In this document: in pieces, positions 57,407 to 64,000 of the stretch
How the letters are laid out: every line of letters starts with the position of its first letter
Numbering within the stretch: the first letter of the stretch is position 1
Virus record (IMG/VR): IMGVR_UViG_3300013126_000011
Reading direction: 5' to 3' (one strand)
Length of the DNA stretch: 64,000 nucleotides
DNA from: a virus
Notes under the pieces: model-generated
Seen by the model: the letters and a program-made list of their open reading frames with translations, nothing else
The model's database searches: none
Told to the model about the DNA's origin: nothing
Made by a program: the position numbers and the translations under genes

Positions 57407-58285
57407 TTATGGTCTTTTAACCAATTCTTGATACGAACCATTCGTATCTTTTTGGAAGTGAATGTCTGCTGAAAGCATTTGGACATTTCCGTTATATGTA
57501 TCAGTCCCACCGACTCTTGATAGCTGTACTTGAATAATGCTCGATATCCCCATCCCGACTCCAGTCAGCGAACCTGTTCCTATAATCTCAAATAGATAAT
57601 GTTTATTTGAAGCTCCTGGCGTGGGGATGGGCATCGATATCGAACCAATGGTAAAAGCTGGAATAACTCCGTTTATCTCAATCCATCGATATGCATAATT
57701 CCAAGTCACATTTCCGGTATTTGCGTCTGAGCATTTGTAGTGAATGTGAAATTCTGCTGCACTTCCAGTCATATAACCATGAGGCAATTGCCATACAAAA
57801 TCACATCTTTGCGTTGAGCCATTTTCAAAGTCAAGCGTAGAATTTGTTGTATTGATAACTGCTGGACCAACTGATCCTGGCGGGTTAACAGCTACCGCAG
57901 ATATAACAAGATCATCCCACATAGGGATAAAATATGAACTTGATATATTCTGGAATGTTGTATGTTCATTTTCTGTTAAATGATAATGTTCACTTGTTGT
58001 TCCACCGAGAAGACCTTGCAAGGATTCATGAGAACCGGTCAATGGAAAATAGTTAATATCCGACTCAGTTTTTGTATAATAATCATTTGCGAGAGAAGAA
58101 GAAACATTATCAAGAGAACCGGATGTTAAACTATAATCAGTCCATAGTTCATCCAATGATGATGACACAGCAACGAAATCAACTTCTGCCAACGATTCTG
58201 AAAGTATAGCTACGTCTTCTAGCGCTTGTGCCATTGATTCAGATAAAGCCGGAATGTCTCCAAGTGCAAGTACTTGATCTTCCAA
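57407..58285 (-). CDS. putative fibre/decoration protein; the only minus-strand gene; true start probably the ATG at 58329 across a 1-nt frameshift
   Basis: Coiled-coil N-terminus, YYTKTESD and HESLQGLLGGTTSEHYHLT fibre-like motifs, jelly-roll-like C-terminus. Confidence 0.65.
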   Translation of the reverse strand: MEDQVLALGDIPALSESMAQALEDVAILSESLAEVDFVAVSSSLDELWTDYSLTSGSLDNVSSSLANDYYTKTESDINYFPLTGSHESLQGLLGGTTSEHYHLTENEHTTFQNISSSYFIPMWDDLVISAVAVNPPGSVGPAVINTTNSTLDFENGSTQRCDFVWQLPHGYMTGSAAEFHIHYKCSDANTGNVTWNYAYRWIEINGVIPAFTIGSISMPIPTPGASNKHYLFEIIGTGSLTGVGMGISSIIQVQLSRVGGTDTYNGNVQMLSADIHFQKDTNGSYQELVKRP

Positions 58286-58357
58286 TCCTTCTACTCTTGG
58301 GTTAAATTAACGTAAAATCCTTGGCTCATTTTTAAAATTCCTTATACAGTGCCGTAT

Positions 58358-58364
58358 TAAATAG
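58358..58364 (-). promoter_or_regulatory. candidate late promoter CTATTTA on the minus strand
   Basis: 28 nt upstream of the ATG at 58329; same motif as the + strand late genes. Confidence 0.55.
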
Positions 58365-58366
58365 GC

Positions 58367-58395
58367 TTGACTTGCTCTTGAGAGTCCGGTATACT
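58367..58395 (+). promoter_or_regulatory. sigma70-type promoter
   Basis: TTGACT-17 nt-TATACT; AAGGAGG SD downstream. Confidence 0.8.
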
Positions 58396-58423
58396 ACATA
58401 TTGTTTTATAAGGAGGTTCTTTT

Positions 58424-58948
58424 ATGGTACCGAGTTTTGTTAAGGTATTTTTGTTTCTATTTTTCTCGTGTACTCAAAGTCAATATGCAATCAAGCAATC
58501 GATGTGTCCAACGTTTTCCGAGATGATCACAATCAGTTATCAAATTGCAAGAGAATCAATCGAACAACAGTTTCCATATCCAGTCGTTGTTGCTGCGATT
58601 GTCTGGAAAGAATCGAAGATTAAGAGATTGGCAACTGGAATGGATCGCGATCTTGGACTAATGCAGGTTCGATGGCCAAAGAAGGGCAATACATATGCTA
58701 CTCACAAGCAAAACAAAGATCGAACGCCAAACCTATATGACTCTGAAGAGAACCTTAAAGAAGGAATTGCTCGATTGGTCGAATGGCGCAGAAGCGACAA
58801 GGTGAACTATACAGCCCATTTCAATTGCGGATCGAATTTAAAGAGCAAACTTTGCAGAAAGAAGAATCACGGACTCGATTATCAACAGCAAGTATATGCA
58901 TCTATTTCTAGGTTTCTTCGAACGTTGAGGGCTTCCGATTTGTCTTGA
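58424..58948 (+). CDS. lytic transglycosylase (SLT) with N-terminal signal/anchor
   Basis: AIVWKES, DLGLMQV, ENLKEGIARL, HFNCG; hydrophobic N-terminus ending FFSC. Confidence 0.8.
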   Translation: MVPSFVKVFLFLFFSCTQSQYAIKQSMCPTFSEMITISYQIARESIEQQFPYPVVVAAIVWKESKIKRLATGMDRDLGLMQVRWPKKGNTYATHKQNKDRTPNLYDSEENLKEGIARLVEWRRSDKVNYTAHFNCGSNLKSKLCRKKNHGLDYQQQVYASISRFLRTLRASDLS

Positions 58949-58973
58949 CAATCGATCTTGGTAAGTGTAAACT
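58945..58973 (+). promoter_or_regulatory. sigma70-type promoter
   Basis: TTGACA-17 nt-TAAACT. Confidence 0.7.
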
Positions 58974-58979
58974 GTTTAC

Positions 58980-59303
58980 GTGAAGACAAAGAACACCAAA
59001 AAAAAGAATCGTTTTGGGACCAAACTCAAGGTTGGCGATCTAGTTTGTGTAACAAAAGCTGGAGTAATATTCTTATACAGAGATCATCGTGGTTGGCTAA
59101 ATCGTCGATATGTTTTGAAAGGACCAGCCTGGGCTTCAGATGATCATATATTACCAGAGATTGTCGGAATTATCACTCAGATTATGTGGCGTGGTCCCTA
59201 TATGCTTTCGTTGTCTCTTTGGGATATCGAAAGACAAACTGAAGGTTGGTTTGAACAGCCATTTACAGAAACAGATATGGCAAGTGTTAGGTTTGTAGCA
59301 TGA
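58980..59303 (+). CDS. small KOW/SH3-like protein
   Basis: LKVGDLV...GIITQI. Confidence 0.55.
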   Translation: MKTKNTKKKNRFGTKLKVGDLVCVTKAGVIFLYRDHRGWLNRRYVLKGPAWASDDHILPEIVGIITQIMWRGPYMLSLSLWDIERQTEGWFEQPFTETDMASVRFVA

Positions 59304-59626
59304 ACAGCAGTCCACTTCCAGTTTTGAATGAAATGACGGCAGAACAGTTAAAGTCTGGTGATTTGTGTCGATGGGAAACGACTAATTGGAATTCAGATGT
59401 GAGAGTGCCTTATTCTGATACGCTTCTTTTGCTGCTTCTCGAAAATCCAAAAGTAACCAACGTTAAGCAAGATGTTCAAGAGCACCGTACACTTGACGGT
59501 CTTACAATGATGTATCCTGGCAAACGATGGGTAACTTATACTGTTGATGCTTATGTGATGGATTGGAATCGAATTTATACGTTCAATGTTGGTCCAGGCT
59601 GTACTGGATATACAGAAAAGCTATGA
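59300..59626 (+). CDS. small KOW/SH3-like protein
   Basis: LKSGDLCR; ATGA-coupled. Confidence 0.6.
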   Translation: MNSSPLPVLNEMTAEQLKSGDLCRWETTNWNSDVRVPYSDTLLLLLLENPKVTNVKQDVQEHRTLDGLTMMYPGKRWVTYTVDAYVMDWNRIYTFNVGPGCTGYTEKL

Positions 59627-59841
59627 AATCATACAGAGACTTAGAAGTTGGAAGTATTTATAAGTTTGGCGTACAGAGTCGAGGATTATTGTGGTTGTAC
59701 TTAGGGTTTATGCCTTCGGCTGATGGTTGTGTTGCACACAATTACTTTCTTAGTATGGAAAAGTATTATGTTGATTGTTTCTCTATTAGAGAGTTAAATA
59801 ATGACATTCGGCGTGGACGAATTAGAAAGATCTTGTCATGA
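59623..59841 (+). CDS. small KOW/SH3-like protein
   Basis: MKSYRDLEVGSIYK...LYLG; ATGA-coupled start at 59623. Confidence 0.6.
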   Translation: MKSYRDLEVGSIYKFGVQSRGLLWLYLGFMPSADGCVAHNYFLSMEKYYVDCFSIRELNNDIRRGRIRKILS

Positions 59842-60128
59842 ATTCCGATTTTGATAGTTTGCCGATTCTTGATAAAGAATCGTTCAAAACGGTTAAGACT
59901 GGCGAGTTATATCGACTTCAAGAGCTTGGTCCTACGATTTTTGATAGTACCACGTTTGAGCCACATAGAAAAGTATTAAAAGATCGATATTTGTTGGTTC
60001 AAGTGGTCGACGAAGTTAAGAAATTTGGTACTAACTACAGTGCTCCCTGTATAGATCTCAATTCTGGCGTAACGATAATCGTAAATTATGCGATGTCAAG
60101 CGGAAAGCTAGATTATTACAATTACTAG
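59838..60128 (+). CDS. small KOW/SH3-like protein
   Basis: VKTGELYR; N-terminus similar to 59300 (LPIL versus LPVL). Confidence 0.6.
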   Translation: MNSDFDSLPILDKESFKTVKTGELYRLQELGPTIFDSTTFEPHRKVLKDRYLLVQVVDEVKKFGTNYSAPCIDLNSGVTIIVNYAMSSGKLDYYNY

Positions 60129-60157
60129 CTACTAGTTGCCTCTCCTTTCTCCAACGC

Positions 60158-60164
60158 CTATTTA
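60158..60164 (+). promoter_or_regulatory. candidate late promoter CTATTTA
   Basis: 33 nt upstream of the neck gene ATG. Confidence 0.55.
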
Positions 60165-60197
60165 TGACTGAACAGTACTGTTGGAGAAATCCCAAAT

Positions 60198-61460
60198 ATG
60201 CCACCTTCTTATCTTCCACAATCGAGCTATAATCAATATATCCTGCCAGCTACAGGCACAATTGAGAATGTTGTTGATGCACTGTCTCTAGGTGTATACG
60301 CTTCTTCTACAGAATTCCTAAGTGGTGCTGCTGCACAGGTTTCATATGTCTACAATGAGCTTGGTGGTGAAATTCTCGATCAAGAATTAACTGAAAAGCA
60401 AGTTTATGAGAGCTATGAACGTGCAACTACAGAATATTCTTATATTCTCAACCTTCATCAAGGCAAAAACGTGCTTATGCAGGCTCTTGGAAGCCCAACA
60501 GCCTCATTTGATCACGAAGGAACCGTTGTTGACGGTCCAGAAGGAGCAAATTTAACCTATCCTCGTTTTGATTTTGGCTATATGCGAAGAACGGCTGAAG
60601 GATATTCGGCAGAATTATCAATGGGAGGCACACAGACTGTCTATTCAGCCTCTTTTGACGTGGAAATTGATAAACAAGACTATGATTTACAGCAAATCTT
60701 GTATTCTGCAAGTCTAAATGCTGATTGTCCTTGGAGTGGATCGTTTGCTGACGGCGCAACAAACACATTGATTCGTGTAAAACGTGTATTTTACAAGACT
60801 CCGAGAGCAACTTGGAGATATTTTGGTTATTATGGTTTGGGAGGTCTTGATACAGTTGGAGCGTTGTCAAGCTATGGTCAGTTTGCAAGTGCTTCAACGT
60901 TCCAGTTGGTTCCTGTGTGGCAAAATAAGCTTCAGGCGATGCATTATAGTGATGCTTTGTACACTCGTTTGGCTCATTATTCGTATGAGTTGAGAAACAA
61001 CAAGCTTAGAATTTTTCCAATTCCAAGAGAACCATTTGCAACAAGTAAAATGTGGTTTGAGTTCATTATTCCAAAAGGATCATTCGAGGATGGTGAACGA
61101 GAAAACGGAATGCATGGTGTTAACAACCTTGGAACGTTACCATTTGACAATCTTCCTTATGAAGCAATCAATGCAATTGGTAAGCATTGGATTCGAAGGT
61201 TCTCTCTGGCTCTCTGCAAGATGCGAATGGGATATACTCGCTCAAAGCTTCGTTCAATTCCAATTCCAGGTAATGAACTGACCCTAAATGGCGCGGAATT
61301 GTTGACTGAGGGCAAAGAAGAGGTAAAAGATCTGCGAGAAGAGCTAAAGAAAATCCTTGATGAACTAACCTATCAGAAATTAGCCGAGATGCAAGCAGAT
61401 ACGGCAGAAAAGACAATGAGCGTATTGAATAAGATTCCTCTTGGCATTTACGTTGGATAA
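60198..61460 (+). CDS. neck protein (gp13-like head-tail adaptor)
   Basis: ELGGEILDQELT; WIRRFSLALCKMRMGYTRSKLRSIPIPGNELTLNGAELLTEG. Confidence 0.8.
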   Translation: MPPSYLPQSSYNQYILPATGTIENVVDALSLGVYASSTEFLSGAAAQVSYVYNELGGEILDQELTEKQVYESYERATTEYSYILNLHQGKNVLMQALGSPTASFDHEGTVVDGPEGANLTYPRFDFGYMRRTAEGYSAELSMGGTQTVYSASFDVEIDKQDYDLQQILYSASLNADCPWSGSFADGATNTLIRVKRVFYKTPRATWRYFGYYGLGGLDTVGALSSYGQFASASTFQLVPVWQNKLQAMHYSDALYTRLAHYSYELRNNKLRIFPIPREPFATSKMWFEFIIPKGSFEDGERENGMHGVNNLGTLPFDNLPYEAINAIGKHWIRRFSLALCKMRMGYTRSKLRSIPIPGNELTLNGAELLTEGKEEVKDLREELKKILDELTYQKLAEMQADTAEKTMSVLNKIPLGIYVG

Positions 61461-61463
61461 GTA

Positions 61464-62288
61464 ATGAATACACCTTCAATCAATTATGCTCAAATAGAAG
61501 CGGTCTTCAAGTATTTTCACGTTTCCGACACAAAGTTGGGTAAAAGAGATACGTTTATTTTTAATCCTCGCGTTCCAAGAACACCATATGTTCATAACAA
61601 CTATCGAATTGAGGATGATTTTACCGAAAGAGTATCTTTGGCTCCTAGAATTGTCGATGCAATGCAGGCTGGTGCTGATGGAAGATACGTTTATGCTGGT
61701 GACTTCAAGATTTTCAATGACGACGATATTAAAGCTATTGATTTGATGAAATATTGGCGAAAATGTCCATTTGCGGTTGGTGGCGTTGAAGATTTCAATA
61801 TGAGAACTTGGCTTGAAGACATTTACAAAGAAAGATTCAACGACGATTCGATTCGAGTGATTATGCGAAATGGTGATGCAGCCGTACATGGAAATGCTGG
61901 TGCAGTTGATACAGCCAACGCAAATCGCTACATTCAAGTTTATAGCGACAAGAAAGATAAGACGCTTCTCAGACTTCCAGTGAAAACTGGATTGATGGGC
62001 TATTTTGGTCCTCGTGACCTTCCAGATGATTTGCAAAAATTATGGTATGCTTGTGTACCAGACGCAGATGAAACGCATGAAAAGTGGTCTACAGACGATG
62101 TGAAGATGGTATTTGTCGGCATGCGCGATTCAGGAACAATTCACCTGTCTGAAACTGCCACAGAAATTTTGATGAAGCTTGGGTATCTCAATAAATCTGG
62201 TAAATTTACCAACTTGGCAGTGCCGACCGTTGGTTCTACAGAGAAGCTATATGAAAGTTGGCGCGATTGGAGCAAACGAGGATGGTAA
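61464..62288 (+). CDS. accessory protein with a putative ADP-ribosyltransferase-fold domain
   Basis: YFHVS...PRVP...EDDFTERVSLAP...YVY...VPDADETHEKW; paralogous to the C-terminal domain of 62770; C-terminal LYESWRDW. Confidence 0.5.
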   Translation: MNTPSINYAQIEAVFKYFHVSDTKLGKRDTFIFNPRVPRTPYVHNNYRIEDDFTERVSLAPRIVDAMQAGADGRYVYAGDFKIFNDDDIKAIDLMKYWRKCPFAVGGVEDFNMRTWLEDIYKERFNDDSIRVIMRNGDAAVHGNAGAVDTANANRYIQVYSDKKDKTLLRLPVKTGLMGYFGPRDLPDDLQKLWYACVPDADETHEKWSTDDVKMVFVGMRDSGTIHLSETATEILMKLGYLNKSGKFTNLAVPTVGSTEKLYESWRDWSKRGW

Positions 62289-62773
62289 GCGACAATAAAT
62301 TCACACCATTAACAACTGCTCCACCTCCTTTGTTCGTTGGTAAGAAAGAACGTGATTTTGTTGCTCATATTACACTTGAAACAGAAGAAAGAATCATTGG
62401 ACAATCGATCTTGTATTATCCAATCGACATTATGACGACAAACTATCATTCAGTATACGGTGAAGCGATAAAGAAGAACTTTTTACCTCCAATTCAAGTG
62501 TACGTGGCTATTGAATGGGAAGGCTACAAGACGGATACCGAAAAGATGGGAGTTGATCGATATGCTAGCATGAAGGTCCACTTTTTCAAACGAAGATTGA
62601 CAGAAGAAAAGGATCTTGAGGTGCAAACAGGCGATTACGTTTTGTACGGAGAACAATATTACGAAATTGTCGAATTAAATGAGCCAAGAGAACTGTTTGG
62701 TCAAGTTTTTGCCGACAAAGTAGAGATTGAAGCAAAATGCATCAGAGCTAGAGAGGGATTGTTTAAGGGATGA
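62282..62773 (+). CDS. neck/head-closure protein (gp14-like)
   Basis: PLFVGKKERDF, ILYYPID, HSVYGEAIKKNFLPP, GDYVLYGEQYYEI. Confidence 0.75.
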   Translation: MVSDNKFTPLTTAPPPLFVGKKERDFVAHITLETEERIIGQSILYYPIDIMTTNYHSVYGEAIKKNFLPPIQVYVAIEWEGYKTDTEKMGVDRYASMKVHFFKRRLTEEKDLEVQTGDYVLYGEQYYEIVELNEPRELFGQVFADKVEIEAKCIRAREGLFKG

Positions 62774-63999
62774 AGTTATATGAAGCTGAAAGAGAATATT
62801 GGGGCAACAAAGCTGCTGGAGTCTTATGCGTAAGCGCTCAATCTGGTAGATTTTTGGTAATGCTTCGTTCTGATGAAGTAAATGAACCTAATACTTGGGG
62901 CGTTCTATCTGGCAAGGTCGACGGCAAAGAATCATTTGAACAAGCAGCTACCAGAGAAGCAAGAGAAGAGACAGGATACACAGGCAAAGTGTCATTGACT
63001 CCAATGTATAAGTTTAAAGACAATGACTTTACGTTTCAGAACTTTTTGGGCATTGTTGACCAAGAGTTTGAACCAAAATTGAATTGGGAATCAGAGGATT
63101 CTCGTTGGCTTACATTACAACAACTAGAAAAACTACCAAGAAAGCACTTTGGATTGACTGCTCTTCTCAAAGACCAAAAGTCATATGATTTGCTCAAGAA
63201 ATATGAGAACAAGACCGCTTCAGAGCTTCAAAAAGGCTGGAAAAGTTATATCGGAGAGGCAAAGCAAACAATTATTCCAGATAGAATAACATTCGAACAA
63301 GCAGAATCAATTTTCAAGTACTTTCATCTTAGCTGGAAAAAATTAGGAGAAGATACGTTTACTTTTAGTGCGAGAATACCAAATGGTCCTGCACCTTGGG
63401 AAGATGATTTTACCAAGCGTGTTTCTTTGGGACCAACAATCAATGACTGCTTGGTTGCTGGTGCTGATGGTCCTTATGTTTACGCAGGAGATCTCAAATT
63501 TACTCCAAAAGATGATATTCCAATTGTTGATGTTGAAGAAACTTGGGACGATTGCCCATATAAGAAGTTTGCAAAGAAAGCTTATCGTGGAATAATGAGT
63601 TCAGCTGAAGCCTTTCAGTGGTTTTTAAAAGAGTTACGCAAAAACGGTGAGACTTTGTACTATTATTCGAGAAACGCTAAAGGATGGAAAAAGGTGCCAG
63701 AAAACGATATTGAGAAACAAAATAGTATCGTATATTATAGTTTGCCAATATCGCTTGAACAGAATGGTCATAATTATTGGGTATTTGGCAACGATCCATC
63801 TATTTCTTTGCCTGAAAAATACCAAAAGGCTTGGTATTCATGTGTACCAGATGCAAAGATTACTCACGAGAAGTGGAGTCCAAAAGACGTTAAATTAATG
63901 TATGTTGGAGCAATGGATAGTCGAAACAAGGATATTATTCTCACCGATCATATGAAGCAGTTCTTGATTAAAGTTGGAGTTGTTTTTAATGAAGAATAA
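62770..63999 (+). CDS. Nudix hydrolase fused to a putative ART-fold domain
   Basis: Nudix box GKVDGKESFEQAATREAREETG; linker LQKGWKSYIGE; then YFHLS...EDDFTKRVSLGP...VPDAKITHEKW. Confidence 0.75.
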   Translation: MKLYEAEREYWGNKAAGVLCVSAQSGRFLVMLRSDEVNEPNTWGVLSGKVDGKESFEQAATREAREETGYTGKVSLTPMYKFKDNDFTFQNFLGIVDQEFEPKLNWESEDSRWLTLQQLEKLPRKHFGLTALLKDQKSYDLLKKYENKTASELQKGWKSYIGEAKQTIIPDRITFEQAESIFKYFHLSWKKLGEDTFTFSARIPNGPAPWEDDFTKRVSLGPTINDCLVAGADGPYVYAGDLKFTPKDDIPIVDVEETWDDCPYKKFAKKAYRGIMSSAEAFQWFLKELRKNGETLYYYSRNAKGWKKVPENDIEKQNSIVYYSLPISLEQNGHNYWVFGNDPSISLPEKYQKAWYSCVPDAKITHEKWSPKDVKLMYVGAMDSRNKDIILTDHMKQFLIKVGVVFNEE

Positions 64000-64000
64000 T

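Noticed and set aside
282-63898. Numerous short minus-strand and alternate-frame ORFs in the track
   Set aside because: They overlap well-supported + strand genes and lack recognisable motifs; treated as shadow ORFs.
1-64000. Stop-codon reassignment, as seen in some large phages
   Set aside because: Code 11 gives dense, full-length ORFs, and TAG, TGA and TAA all end genes at sensible junctions.
1-64000. CRISPR array, tRNA/rRNA genes or group I introns
   Set aside because: No repeat-spacer periodicity or cloverleaf was seen, intergenic gaps are very short, and core genes are interrupted only by in-frame inteins.

Overview
This window is part of a large, T4-related (jumbo-type) dsDNA phage genome. 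It is AT-rich, uses standard code 11, and all genes except one lie on the + strand. From left to right it carries: GDP-perosamine-type sugar genes (aminotransferase, gmd); a gp55-like late sigma factor; a baseplate/tail block (split gp5-like hub and spike, gp25, gp6, a large LamG protein, paralogous tail proteins); RuvC-like resolvase, primase and a fused Mre11-Rad50 (gp47-gp46); and the head module (terminase with a mini-intein, portal, prohead protease with a LAGLIDADG intein, bS21, scaffold, major capsid). Two free-standing homing endonucleases, a sigma70-driven island and the neck genes follow. The most notable unexplained pattern is a set of about a dozen unrelated small ORFs and multidomain proteins sharing a short amphipathic tag (M-K-L-T-x-x-x-L-K-x-(I/M)-I-x-E) or a related L-x-E-S-W-(R/K) motif, together with T4-type (L/I)-x-E protease sites. 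This looks like a capsid-targeting, protease-released cargo system whose payloads include GNAT, Nudix and ADP-ribosyltransferase-like domains. Other patterns are a recurrent CTA[A/G/T]TTA candidate late promoter, pervasive (S/T)-(G/S/A)-S tripeptides in virion proteins near the sugar genes, and a codon shift at the 3' end of the capsid gene next to a GIY-YIG endonuclease. All assignments come from motif recognition by eye; no searches were run.
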